Source of the DNA: an uncultured bacterium
GTDB taxonomy: Bacteria > Verrucomicrobiota > Verrucomicrobiia > Limisphaerales > UBA8199
DNA length: 64,000 bases
Assembly (NCBI GenBank): GCA_963749495.1
Contig: CAVVMW010000006.1
Span: forward strand, 352,001 to 416,000
Direction: 5' to 3'
Of the stretch, positions 23,254 through 33,746 are shown one piece after another; within the stretch, counting starts at the first letter, position 1, and each line of letters opens with the position of its first letter. A model generated the notes under the pieces. It saw only the letters and a list, made by a program, of their open reading frames with translations, was not told the origin of the DNA and did not search any database. A program made the translations under genes and the position numbers.

Positions 23254-23374
23254 CGAAAATCAATGGAGTGAAAGGCAGAAAAATGGGGGCAGAAAAATCA
23301 AGAGCATCTTTTCTCACCTTCATCTTTCTGCCCCCATTTTTCTGCCTCAATCCGCGGATTTCCCGCGTCCTCCG

Positions 23375-24703
23375 TCACAGTTCCCTGAGCATCTTTATCG
23401 CCTCCTGGGAGAGCACCTCATCGGCTCCGGGCGCAAAGGCGCTGCTCTGGACCTCGTATCCGCCGTCGGGGTAGCTGGGCCGGGTGGGGAGGTATCCGGC
23501 CGCGCCGTTGCAGTGGGTGAACACGAAGGTGTGCGGGAAGGGAGATGCCGACTTGATGGCCTTGCCGATTTCATTGAAGACCTCCCCGCCCAGGCCCACG
23601 AAGCCAATATCGCCCAGGCGCCCGACGGTGATGTTGAACGGGGTGGTCGGGCTGGATTGGGCGCCGCCGCGCGCCTTGGCGGGAAGCTCGACGGTCTTGA
23701 AGCTGGTCTTGATTGGAGCATCGTTGGGAAGGTAGCTGCGAATGCCCTCCAGCACCCGCGCCACTTCTTCGCCCAGGAACGTGCCCAGCAGGACCGGCTC
23801 CGGCACCCAGCCGTTATTGGTCTTGAAATCCGGCCGGATGCGAAACCAAGGGTCAATATCGCCCGAGGCCCCGGCAAACTCCGGCGCGACCACCTCGGCC
23901 CCGAGATAGTTTTCGAGAAACTGCGCGGCCAGGCCGTGGACATCGCCGCTGATGGCGTAATTGCCCGGCCCGAGCAACGTGCTGTGCGTGGAATAAGCGA
24001 AAAGGACGCCTGCCAACCGGGCCTGGTCCTGGTTCTGCCCGGGCCGCGCCAGCTTGAGCACCTGCACCTCCCGGTCCGTGAGCACCCCGGGGTTGCGGCC
24101 CAGCACGATCTGCGTCTTGCCGTCGTTGCCTTGGACCACCTCGCGGCGGTTGGCCCCCACGGGGCACGAGCCGAAGCCGGCGCCCACCTGGACCGGGCCC
24201 AGCCGGTCCAGGGCAGTGCGGACTGCCTCGACCAGCTTGCCCTGGAGCGTCCGGGTGTATTGGACGTTGTTGGTGTGCCCCTTCTCGCTGTTCAACGTGA
24301 GATTGGGCGCGCTATGCGTGTGGATGGCGCACAGGAACAACTCGGCGGGCTTGAGCCCGTTGGCCTCCAGAATCGCGTTCCGCAACGGCTCCGCCGTGCC
24401 GTTGTAGAAACCACAATTATCCAGCGAGACCAGCACCAGCCTCTGCCCGCCCTGCTCGAAGGCCGCCACACGCGTCGAGAGCGGGTCGTGTACGCCCCGC
24501 GACAGTTCCTTGCGCGACGCATAGCCCGCCATGGTGACAGGCTGCTCCGGCGTAACGTCCACCCGCGCGCACCCGGCCCGCAGCCCTTGCGCCCAACCCG
24601 CGCTCCAGCCGGCAAAGACCAGAACGCAGACGCACATGAGCGCCCAGGCGCGTGAAAAAGAGCGATGTCCGCAAGATCTTATCTGGCAGTCCAATGGTTT
24701 CAT
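23375..24703 (-). CDS. Neutral/alkaline ceramidase-like N-terminal domain protein
   Basis: AGCARVDVTP, GVHDPL, AIHTHSAP, ISGD, GASGD, GGYE. Confidence 0.8.
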   Translation of the reverse strand: MKPLDCQIRSCGHRSFSRAWALMCVCVLVFAGWSAGWAQGLRAGCARVDVTPEQPVTMAGYASRKELSRGVHDPLSTRVAAFEQGGQRLVLVSLDNCGFYNGTAEPLRNAILEANGLKPAELFLCAIHTHSAPNLTLNSEKGHTNNVQYTRTLQGKLVEAVRTALDRLGPVQVGAGFGSCPVGANRREVVQGNDGKTQIVLGRNPGVLTDREVQVLKLARPGQNQDQARLAGVLFAYSTHSTLLGPGNYAISGDVHGLAAQFLENYLGAEVVAPEFAGASGDIDPWFRIRPDFKTNNGWVPEPVLLGTFLGEEVARVLEGIRSYLPNDAPIKTSFKTVELPAKARGGAQSSPTTPFNITVGRLGDIGFVGLGGEVFNEIGKAIKSASPFPHTFVFTHCNGAAGYLPTRPSYPDGGYEVQSSAFAPGADEVLSQEAIKMLREL

Positions 24704-24784
24704 GGCGCGAGAGTATTCCCGCCCAGCCGGGATTGCAACAGAAGTCAATGGGAGGCGGAAGGCAGGCGGTTCTGATTTAGGATT

Positions 24785-24899
24785 GTGGGGCAGACCTCTG
24801 GTCTGCCGGTTCACGGAGCCTCCGGCTCCGTGTCCCTTGCAGTTGCGAGGCTCGGGGCCAGAGGCCCCTACAACCGGCAGACCGGAGGTCTGCCCCACG
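24785..24899. repeat. REP-like palindrome (GTGGGGCAGACCTCTGGTCTGCC...GGCAGACCGGAGGTCTGCCCCAC)
   Basis: Inverted repeat. Confidence 0.8.
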
Positions 24900-25244
24900 C
24901 GTCCCCCTCCGAAAGAGTTACGGATTCGTCTGCCTCCCCCAAAAAACAGAAACGGCCGGGTGTTTCCCGGCCGGCTCTGCCACATTCTACACTGAGAACT
25001 TAAATCGTCATCCGATGCGGCGCCGCAGATTTACGCCTGCCAACCACACACGGTTTAGCTACTGCGTTTCTGCATCTTCAGCACGCCATCATCATACCAG
25101 AGATGCCGTCCCCCGCCAGTCACCAGTTCTGGGGACACGGGCGCGCAGGGGAACAGGCGCTATCTGAGGAGGGACAGAAGGGACAAAAGGGACGAAAGGG
25201 ACGACCTAATCGGTCAGCAAGGCGGAGACGGAGTGCCAGGCCGA

Positions 25245-25422
25245 CCCCTCACCCCAACCCTCTCCCCTTCCGAAGGGGAGAGGGGGACGGGCCGGCAGTC
25301 TCGTGAATTTCCAGGCCTCTCTGGGTCTTCGAGCCGCTACGGAGAATTCTCCCTCTCCCCATCCGACTCGCCGCGCTGTCGCGCCGTCGCAGCGGGTGGG
25401 GAGAGGGCTGGGGTGAGGGGTC
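25245..25422. repeat. REP-like family D copy
   Basis: Near reverse-complement of 33515-33692. Confidence 0.85.
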
Positions 25423-25673
25423 CCCCGGCGCTGTTGCTCCCCGCTTCACTGCGGCATTAGGGGCGGCGTGCAATTGCCTTGTCTTGGCGCGCGCCAGCTC
25501 GGTATCCTGCGGCACGATGTTGGACAGTTAGCCGCCGGGTCATGATCGTTCCTGAAAGCCGCCGGGTTCGCAAGGGGCACAGCAGAGCTACGCGCCGCGC
25601 CCGGGTCCCGCGCGCCGCGGGCGCGGCCGCCACCCGGAACCGTGCAGTCCGCCGCTCGTCCTCGCCCTCGGTC

Positions 25674-26911
25674 ATGGTCCTGGGCGTCGGCAGCTTCGCG
25701 CACAGCACGGCCCAGATCCTCAAGAGGCCGGCGCCACGGTCTCGACTTACCTGACGCGCGATTACGGGCACTACGGGCCCTCCCTGGCGGGGCCGGCTTA
25801 CTCGCCCGGCCAATTTCCCTCGCCCGCTCCCCTGCTGCGGGAGCGAGCGGTGGACCTGGTCGTGCCGATGTCCATCAACTGGGCCCAGGCGCCGTGGTGC
25901 GCGGAATTGCTGGGGCTGAAGGTCCCGATCTTCTGCCCCACAGGCAAAGGCATGCTCATCGAGCGGGAACGCAACCTGGCGCGCCGGCTTTGCCGCAGGT
26001 TCCATGTCCCTTTTCCAGAGGCCCACCTGGCGCGCAACCGCCTGGAGGCCGAGCAACTCCTGGAGCGGCACCCGTTGCCCTTCGTCATCAAGAACCCCCT
26101 CTGCTCGCCCACCAGCCCGATTCACACCATCCTCTGCGAATCCGCCGCCGACACCCGCTCCTGGCTGCGGCACATCGATTACGCCGAGGGCGTTTTCCTC
26201 CAGGAATACCTGGGCCGCCGCGAGGCGGGCCACATCGGCCTGATCAGCGGCGGCCAGTTCTACTCCCTGGTCACCAACCAGGAATACAAACGCGCCTTCG
26301 CCGGCGACCTTGGCATCCTCGCCGGCGCCCCGCTGGGCGGCCTCGTGGAAAAAGACCCGGCCGACAAATACGGCCTGGCCCGCCAACTCCTGCACCCCCT
26401 CATGCCCTGGTTCCGCCGGGTCAATTATCATGGCCCCATCCAGGTCACAGCCGTCCAGCGCGACGGCACCTGGCACGTCATCGAGTACAACATCCGCATT
26501 GGCGTCACCTCCGGCGCCATGCTCCTGCGCCTGCTGGCCAATCCCCTGGAGACCTTGCTGGCGACCGGCCAGAACCGGAGGCTGGCCCCGCGCTTCCGCG
26601 ACGGGCCCAACTTCGGCTGTTCGCTCACGCTCGCCGGCTATGGCTATCCCTATACCCAAATCCAAGGCCCCCGGGTGCCTGTGGAAATCAATGCGCCGCT
26701 GGATTGCGATTTGTGGTGGAACGAGGTTGCCGCCGACGGTCACGGCGGGCTCGTGGCCACCGGGCACCGCCTGGCGGATGTCATCGCCTTGGGCGCGTCC
26801 CTGGCCGCGGCCCTGGCCGCGGCCTACGCCAATATTCGCAAGCTGCGCAGTCTCGGCAGCTATTTCCGGCCCGACATCGGGCGCACACTCTGGCCGCCCG
26901 GAACGGAATAA
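25674..26911 (+). CDS. ATP-grasp protein resembling phosphoribosylamine-glycine ligase (PurD-like), frameshift near 25725
   Basis: VLGVGSFAH, PFVIK, VFLQEYL, QEYKRAFAGDLG, VIEYNIRIG, YFRPDIG; start uncertain. Confidence 0.65.
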
Positions 26912-26959
26912 CGGGGCTGTAATTCGATCCAACTCTCAAGATGAGATCATCACTGGAAA

Positions 26960-27108
26960 GCCCCTCACCCCGACCCTCTCCCCATCCGATGGGGAGAGGG
27001 AGGACCGGCGCCCGCCTGTGGACGAATCCCGGCGCGTTGGAGCTTGCCAGAGCCGCGCTTTGCTGCTCCCTCTCCCCGTCCGACGGGGAGAGGGCCGGGG
27101 TGAGGGGT
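26960..27108. repeat. REP-like family D copy
   Basis: CCCCTCACCC...GGGTGAGGGG. Confidence 0.85.
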
Positions 27109-27355
27109 CCATTTCGCGCGCCACTACCATCTTATGACCAATCCTGACCTCATGACACGGCCCCAGCCACCGATTGGCGGTCCGGCCGGGGCGCATCCCG
27201 GCACTACCCCCGCCACCGAGGCCGAAGGGCCGGAGCGCCGGCTTCAGCCCGCTTTGGACGTCCAATGTTCACAGGGGCCCAAAGGGGTGCAGGTGCGCGC
27301 AAAGCCGGCTGAAGCCGGCGCTCCGGGGGCGGTGTCGGGATGCGCCCGTCCGGCT

Positions 27356-28625
27356 ATGCGGGCCCCCGTTCCAACGCCGCCGGGTGAAACCCAAATCCCC
27401 GCCCCGGAGCCCGTCGCGCCCCGTCCTTCGGATCTGCCTGCTGCACGAGCGGTGGCGCTGCTTGATTCCACTCCCATCCCCCGGCCGGCCTGGGTTGAGA
27501 TCGACCTGGCCCGTCTCCGGCGCAATTTCGAACTGATCAACCGCCAAAAACCCGGCCCGCTCAAGATACTGTCGGTCACTAAAGACGAGGCCTACGGCCA
27601 CGGGGCGGTGGCGGTCGCCCGGGTGGCGCTGGGGTGCGGCGTGAGTTTTCTGGGGCTGAGCACGGTGGAAGAGGCCCTGCGCCTGCGCGAGCGTGGCATC
27701 CAGGCCCGGATGCTGTTGTTCGGGCGACCGCCACGAGTCCGAGCTGCCCTGGTGTGTGGCCCACGACCTGACCTGCTGCGTAAGCGAGGCGCGGTCGGTC
27801 GCCACGCTCGGCCAATTGGCCGCTGGAGCCGGCAAGCGCATCCCCGTTCATCTGAAGATCAACACCGGCATGAACCGCTACGGCGTGCGCTGGGACGAGG
27901 CCGCCTCGCTGGCGGCGCTCATTGGCTCGACCCCGTCGCTCTTTCTCGAAGGCGCCTTGAGCCACTTCGCGCAATCCGATGAGGCCGACAAGACCTTCGC
28001 CCTGGCGCAACTGGCCCGCTTCCAGGAGGCCCTGCGCGCCATAGCGGGGCTTGGCCTGGAGGTGCCGCTGCGCCATCTCTGCAACAGCGGCGGTTTCCTG
28101 GATCTCCCCCAAGCCCACTTCAACCTGGTCCGCCTGGGCATCCTGCCGCTGGGCGTCTTTCCCTCGGCCGTCTGCCGGCGCATTCCGGGCATTGAACCGG
28201 TGATGACCGTCAAGGCCCGCATCGCCGCTGTCCAGCAGTTGAGGCCGGGCGAGAGCGTCGGTTACGGCATGCGCTACACCGCCTGTGATTGCCGCCGGAT
28301 AGCCGTGCTGCCGATCGGTTACGGTGACGGCTTCCCCCGCGTGCGCAACCAGGGGTGCGCCCTGCTCCATGGCCGGCGCGCCCCGATTGTCGGCGGTGTC
28401 GCCATGGACGCCCTCACGGTGGACATCACCGACCTGCCCCAGGCCAGGCTCGGGGACGAGGCCGTGCTGATGGGCCGCCAGGGCCAGGAGGAGATCTCGG
28501 TCCACGAAGTCGCCCGGCTCAAGAACTCCGTCTCCTATGACATCCTGGCCGGCTGGCGGGGGCGCTTGCCCAGGGTGTTTCTCGATGGGGCTGCTCCAGT
28601 GCCTGGGGAGCCTCCACGATTTTGA
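27356..28625 (+). CDS. alr: Alanine racemase, frameshift near 27722
   Basis: AWVEIDL, SVTKDEAYGHG (PLP lysine), HLKINTGMNRYG, SHFA, PIGYGDG, VGGVAMD; start uncertain. Confidence 0.9.
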
Positions 28626-28809
28626 AATCATGCACGCGGACCATGAACGGTACGGGCGTCGCCCGGCGCGAAGCGTTTTGGAGTGCGCCAGTCCTCTGGC
28701 GCTTTTTGGACCCTGGGGACGAGAAAGCGGCAGAGGATTGGCGCAGTCCAAAACCTCGCGGGTTCCGTCGGTTCATGCGCAGGCGCGGACTGGGGCCAAC
28801 CCAGCTTAA

Positions 28810-29622
28810 ATGATGAAACTCCTCTTTTCCGAGGCCAAAGCCGATTACGCGCACTACATCTTTCCATACGCGGTCTGGGCGTTTCCAGAGGCGGGCGAGA
28901 CGCCATCGGACGTGTTCGGCCATGGTTTTCTGCCCTCCTCACGCAACCTGGACCGGTTTTATCTCTGCCGCCAGGTGCGCGTTGCACTGGGTCAATTTCG
29001 CCCCTCCTCCGAGAATCGCCGCATCCTGCGCAAAGGCCAGGGCCTGGCCGCCGCGCTGCTCGCCCGGAGGGACTTTGATTATACGCCCCAACGGCGCGCC
29101 TTTTACCTGGCATACACGGACGTGAAATTCGGCAAGGGCGTCATGTCCGGCGAGCGCCTGGACGCCCTGTTCCAGGGCACCATCATCTCGCACCTGTTGG
29201 TTTTCACCGATGCCAGGTCAGGGGCCGAAGTCGGCACGGTCACCCTCTACCTGGAGCCCCCGGCCATGGCGTATTACTACTATGCCTTTTACGACCTGGC
29301 TTACTTGAGCCGGAACCTGGGCATGTTCATGATGACCTGGTCCGTGGCCGAGTTCGCCCGGCGCGGCTTTGATTTTCTCTACCTCGGTTCCTGCTACCGG
29401 CAAAATGCCCTCTACAAGACCCAGTTCCGCGGCGCCCAGTTCTTCAATGGCGTTCGCTGGTCGGCCAATCTCGACGAGCTCAAGTGCCTGGTCGGCCGGA
29501 GCGAGTCGGACCCCGCTCAGCACTTGCTGGAGGACGAAGCCTACCGCCGCACTTATTTTGACGACCCCTTGCCCGCATTGGCTGCGGACAGTCCGTTCGG
29601 AGGCAAGACGCGGGGGAAATGA
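28810..29622 (+). CDS. Aminoacyl-tRNA-protein transferase-like (ATE/Bpt family) protein
   Basis: FRPSSENRRILRK, YYYAFYDL, NLGMFMM, YLGSCY, LYK resemble the ATE C-terminal domain. Confidence 0.65.
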   Translation: MMKLLFSEAKADYAHYIFPYAVWAFPEAGETPSDVFGHGFLPSSRNLDRFYLCRQVRVALGQFRPSSENRRILRKGQGLAAALLARRDFDYTPQRRAFYLAYTDVKFGKGVMSGERLDALFQGTIISHLLVFTDARSGAEVGTVTLYLEPPAMAYYYYAFYDLAYLSRNLGMFMMTWSVAEFARRGFDFLYLGSCYRQNALYKTQFRGAQFFNGVRWSANLDELKCLVGRSESDPAQHLLEDEAYRRTYFDDPLPALAADSPFGGKTRGK

Positions 29623-29774
29623 CGAATGACGAATGACGAATGACAGAATCGTGTGCAAGACAGTCTCCTGATGATTCTGCCAAAAATGATTTTGCCAACA
29701 ATGATTTTGCCTTTTTCGTGGGCCGGACGAATTAGGTCTTCCCAAAGCCGGTCCAGTAGGTTATAATCCTGCCC

Positions 29775-30581
29775 ATGACACATTCGGAACCTGGCCTGTC
29801 CTTTTGCCGAAACTCGGCACCGTCCCGGCCACCGCGCGCCTTTACTCTCATCGAACTGCTGGTGGTGATCGCCATCATCGCCATCCTGGCGGCCATGCTC
29901 CTGCCGGCCCTGGCCAGCGCCAAGGAGAAGGCCCAACGCATGAAGTGCGTCAACAACAACAAAGAGATCGGCACCGCCACGCAGATGTACGCGTCCGGCA
30001 ACCTTGACAAGATGCCTTACCCCAATTGGAACGCTCCGTGGGTGGACAATCTCGGTCGCCCGTTGCCGGGCTGGCTTTATACCCCAACCAACAGCTCCGT
30101 GCCCAATCCCCTGGTCGAGCCTTTCAAGTCAAATCCGACACTGGCCTACGCAGGGGGCCTGCTCTGGCCTTTCCTCCAGAACGTCACTCTTTACCGTTGT
30201 CCACTCGACCTGACCAATGCCCCCGGGTTCAACCAGCGTCCGAACATGCTCTCCACCTACGTGCAGAACGGGGCGATCTGCGGCTATGGTGGCCTCGGCC
30301 CCAGGAGCTACAACCAGGGTGACTTCCGCCAGGATGCCTTCATGATGTGGGAACCGCAGCCGCCGGCCAACAACCCTGGCTACGGCTATAATGATGGCGC
30401 CAGCTACCCCGACCCGAACACAGACGGCGGACTGGGCACCCGCCACGGCAAGGTCGGCGGCATCGTGCTGGTCATCAGCGGCAGTGTCCAGTTCGTCCAG
30501 TACAAGACCTGGGCCAATGAGGCCAAGGACGTCTTCAAGAACCGGCTCTGGTGCAACCCCGGCACGGCCAACGGCCATTAG
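29775..30581 (+). CDS. Prepilin-type N-terminal cleavage/methylation domain protein
   Basis: [25 protein letters not shown]. Confidence 0.9.
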   Translation: MTHSEPGLSFCRNSAPSRPPRAFTLIELLVVIAIIAILAAMLLPALASAKEKAQRMKCVNNNKEIGTATQMYASGNLDKMPYPNWNAPWVDNLGRPLPGWLYTPTNSSVPNPLVEPFKSNPTLAYAGGLLWPFLQNVTLYRCPLDLTNAPGFNQRPNMLSTYVQNGAICGYGGLGPRSYNQGDFRQDAFMMWEPQPPANNPGYGYNDGASYPDPNTDGGLGTRHGKVGGIVLVISGSVQFVQYKTWANEAKDVFKNRLWCNPGTANGH

Positions 30582-30617
30582 GGACGATTCGGCTGCGGCT
30601 GGGCCGCGCCAGCCCCG

Positions 30618-31598
30618 ATGCAAAACCTGGTCGAGGATTTCCTGCAATACCTCAGGCACGAGCGCGGGCACGCAGAGCACACCCAGCGGACTTACGCGGC
30701 CCTGCTGAATAAGTTCGTGGCTTGGGCCGGCAACCAGGGTCTGCCGGATTGGAAATCGGTCCAGTTGCGCCACCTCATGGCCTTCCTGCAACACGAACGC
30801 GAGCGGGCCGCGGCGGTTGGCCGCCCCGCCGGGCGCTTGAACGGCGAGTCGGACGGGTCGGACCGTTCAGACGCTGCACGCCGCGGCCCCGCCCGGCGCC
30901 TGAGCAGCGAGAGCGTTTATTTGGAGATTGCGGCGTTGCGCGCATTTTACCGCTTTGCGGAAAACGAGAAGCTGCTGCCCGCAAATGTCGCCGAGAACCT
31001 GTCGCTGCCACGGCGCTGGAAGCGCCTGCCCAAGGCGCTGACGGCCGATGAGATCCAGAGACTGCTGCAAGCCGAGGCGCCCGACACGCCGCAGGGCCTG
31101 TGCGACCAGGCGGTGCTCGAACTGGCCTACGCCTCGGGCCTGCGCCTGGCCGAATTGCGCCAGGTGCGCCTGGAGCAACTCCACCTCGATGCCGGCTTTG
31201 TCAACGTGATCGGCAAGGGCAACAAAGAACGCGTGGTGCCCGTGGGCAGCAAGGCCGTCCAGGCCCTGAACCGTTACCTGGAGGCGGGCCGGCCAAAGCT
31301 GGTCACGCCCCGCTCGCCCGCCGCGGTCTTCCTCACAAAACGCGGCACCGCCTTTGCCCCGGTGACACTCTGGCTGCGGATCAAACAGCGGGCCCGCCGC
31401 GCCGGCATCGCCCGCAATGTCACCCCGCACATGCTCCGCCACAGTTTCGCCACCCACCTGCTCGACCATGGCGCCGACCTGCGCGTCATCCAGGAATTGC
31501 TCGGCCATGCCAGCATCGGCACCACCGAGATCTACACTCACGTCGCCGGCGCCCGCCTGCGCGAGGTCCACAGGAAATTCCACCCCCGCGCCCAATGA
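30618..31598 (+). CDS. xerD: Tyrosine recombinase, XerD/XerC type
   Basis: LPKAL, YASGLRLAE, GKGNKERVVP, TPHMLRHSFATHLL, LLGHASIGTTEIYTHV. Confidence 0.8.
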   Translation: MQNLVEDFLQYLRHERGHAEHTQRTYAALLNKFVAWAGNQGLPDWKSVQLRHLMAFLQHERERAAAVGRPAGRLNGESDGSDRSDAARRGPARRLSSESVYLEIAALRAFYRFAENEKLLPANVAENLSLPRRWKRLPKALTADEIQRLLQAEAPDTPQGLCDQAVLELAYASGLRLAELRQVRLEQLHLDAGFVNVIGKGNKERVVPVGSKAVQALNRYLEAGRPKLVTPRSPAAVFLTKRGTAFAPVTLWLRIKQRARRAGIARNVTPHMLRHSFATHLLDHGADLRVIQELLGHASIGTTEIYTHVAGARLREVHRKFHPRAQ

Positions 31599-31659
31599 GC
31601 CGGCAATCCTGGGCTCCTTATGACGGGGGCGATTAAAACTGTCGATCAGCCCACGGTGC

Positions 31660-31860
31660 CTTTTTGCCCCGGAGGGGCTTCCGACAATAGCCCGGCGTTT
31701 CAACGCCGGGTGAGCGGACCGAATGAGCAGGTCCGTCCCGAAGGGACGGCTGAAAGCAAGGAGTGCTCTCAGTCGTCCCTTCGGGACGAGGATCCCTTCT
31801 GCGGCTTCCCCGGCGTTGAAACGCCGGGCTATTGTCACCTGTCCCTCCGGGACAGAACTC
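31660..31860 (+). repeat. REP-like family A copy
   Basis: Near-identical to 1550-1748. Confidence 0.85.
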
Positions 31861-31898
31861 CCGAGGCGCATGCCCGACGCCTCTCATCGCAGACCCTT

Positions 31899-33500
31899 AT
31901 GCCGCGCCTTGCTATTTCAACGCTCCTGACGGCCCTCCTTTTGGCCCACCCAGCTTGTGCCTTTCAACCGGTCAAGCTGGCGCCATACCCGCAGAAGACC
32001 CGGACCTTTTTCAGCCTCGATGACGCCGCCGCCCCCGTCGCGTTGCGGTCTGACCCGCCCGCGCTGCCGCTGGGCGGCATCACGGTGCTGGCCCGCGCCT
32101 CCGACGGCGCGATCTGGCTCGGCACCACCCAGGGCCTTACCCGAGTGGCCTTTTCGGGCCCAGAGGCCGACCGTTGCCAGTACCTGGCCGGGCGCCGCTA
32201 TCTGCCCGACGACCAGGTGCGGCAAATCGCGCCCGATGTCTGCGGCGGCGTCTGGGTGCGCACCCGCACCGGCATCGCTCACGTCCAATTGCGCCCGATG
32301 ACCCTCGAGCAAAAGGCGGCGCTCTTCGAGGCGCGGATTGGGTCCCGCCACGATCGCTACGGCCTGGTGGCCGATTGCCGCCTCACCCGTCCGGGCGATA
32401 CCTCGGGCTTTGAACTCGCCGACAACGACAACGACGGCCTCTGGACTTCCATCTACGCCGCCGCTGAGTGCTTCCGTTACGCCGTTACCCGCTCGCCCGA
32501 GGCCCTGGCGCGGGCCCGCAAATCCGTGGCCGCCATCCTCTTCCTCGAAGAAGTCGCCGGCGCCCGCGGCTTCCCGGCCCGCTCATTCATCCGCAAGGGC
32601 GACCCGATGCCCCAGGGAGGCGAATGGCACTGGACCGCCGATGGCCGCTACTTTTGGAAGGGAGACACCAGCTCGGACGAAATCGTCGGCCATTTCTTCA
32701 TCTTCGGCATTGCGTGGGACCTGCTGCCGGACGCCGAGCTCAAGGGGCGCATCGCCGCCACCGCCACGCGAATCATGGACCACATCCTGGACCACAACTA
32801 CACGCTGGCCAACCTGGATGGCAAACCCACCACCTGGGGCTGGTGGTCGCCCGACATCCTCGCCCGGCAACCCGATGAACGCGCCCTCAATTCCCTCCAG
32901 TTGCTGAGCTTCCTGAAAACCGCCGCCCATATCACCGGCCAACCGCGCTACCAGGCCGAATATCGCAAGGCCGCCTTTGATTTCCACTACGCCGACTGGA
33001 TCACGCGCCTGAACGAATTCCGCCAGGAACTCAATTACTCGGACGAGGAACTGGCCATGCTCCCCTTCTACGGCCTGTTCCGCTATGAAAAGGACCCCGC
33101 GCTGCTCGGGGCCTATCGCCGCGCACTGGACGAATGGTGGAAAAACATCCGGCGTGAGGCCAATCCGCTCTGGACCTTCATCTATCTCCTGGGCCGTCCC
33201 GAGGCAAGGCTCGACCTGGCCTCCGCTGTCAGGACACTCTACCGCGCGCCGCTGGACACCATCACCTGGGCGGTGCGCAACTCACACCGGCAGGACATCG
33301 CCTGGGCTCCCGGCCGCGACCGCTTCGGCTCACGCGAGGCGCTCACGCTCCTGCCCCCCGATGAGCGGCCCGTCATGAGGTGGAACTCCAATCCTTTCGT
33401 TGTGGACGGCGGCAACGGCGGCCACCAGGAGGACGACGGCGCAGCCTTCCTCCTGCCCTATTGGCTCGGAAGGCACCACCACTTCATCAGAGGACGGTGA
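31899..33500 (+). CDS. Secreted hypothetical protein, possible (alpha/alpha) barrel hydrolase
   Basis: Signal peptide; DNDGLWTSIY, WKGDTSSDE, LLPYW. Confidence 0.7.
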   Translation: MPRLAISTLLTALLLAHPACAFQPVKLAPYPQKTRTFFSLDDAAAPVALRSDPPALPLGGITVLARASDGAIWLGTTQGLTRVAFSGPEADRCQYLAGRRYLPDDQVRQIAPDVCGGVWVRTRTGIAHVQLRPMTLEQKAALFEARIGSRHDRYGLVADCRLTRPGDTSGFELADNDNDGLWTSIYAAAECFRYAVTRSPEALARARKSVAAILFLEEVAGARGFPARSFIRKGDPMPQGGEWHWTADGRYFWKGDTSSDEIVGHFFIFGIAWDLLPDAELKGRIAATATRIMDHILDHNYTLANLDGKPTTWGWWSPDILARQPDERALNSLQLLSFLKTAAHITGQPRYQAEYRKAAFDFHYADWITRLNEFRQELNYSDEELAMLPFYGLFRYEKDPALLGAYRRALDEWWKNIRREANPLWTFIYLLGRPEARLDLASAVRTLYRAPLDTITWAVRNSHRQDIAWAPGRDRFGSREALTLLPPDERPVMRWNSNPFVVDGGNGGHQEDDGAAFLLPYWLGRHHHFIRGR

Positions 33501-33514
33501 CCGGCCAAGGCCGA

Positions 33515-33692
33515 CCCCTCACCCCGGCCCTCTCCCCACCCGCTGCGACGGCGCGACAGCGCGGCGAGTCGGATGGGGAGAGGGAGAGTTCTCGGTGGCG
33601 CTTTGAGCAAGCGTAGAGGCCTGGAAGCTCCCCAGGCTGCCGACGCCTCTCCCTCTCCCCTTCGGAAGGGGAGAGGGCCGGGGTGAGGGGTC
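33515..33692. repeat. REP-like family D copy
   Basis: Between convergent genes; matches 25245-25422. Confidence 0.85.
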
Positions 33693-33746
33693 TGCCCGGC
33701 ACTGCGTCTCTGCCTTCACTGATCGATTACAGGCCGGAAATGTTCC

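Noticed and set aside
24940..25110. Possible ncRNA or leader peptide with a terminator-like hairpin
   Set aside because: No recognisable RNA family or convincing ORF; only a hairpin at ~24954-24974
27134..27355. N-terminal extension of alanine racemase
   Set aside because: The region is a REP-like palindrome, so the true start is probably downstream
30618..31598. Integron integrase or prophage integrase
   Set aside because: Looks like chromosomal XerD/XerC; no IntI-specific insertion, cassette array or phage genes seen
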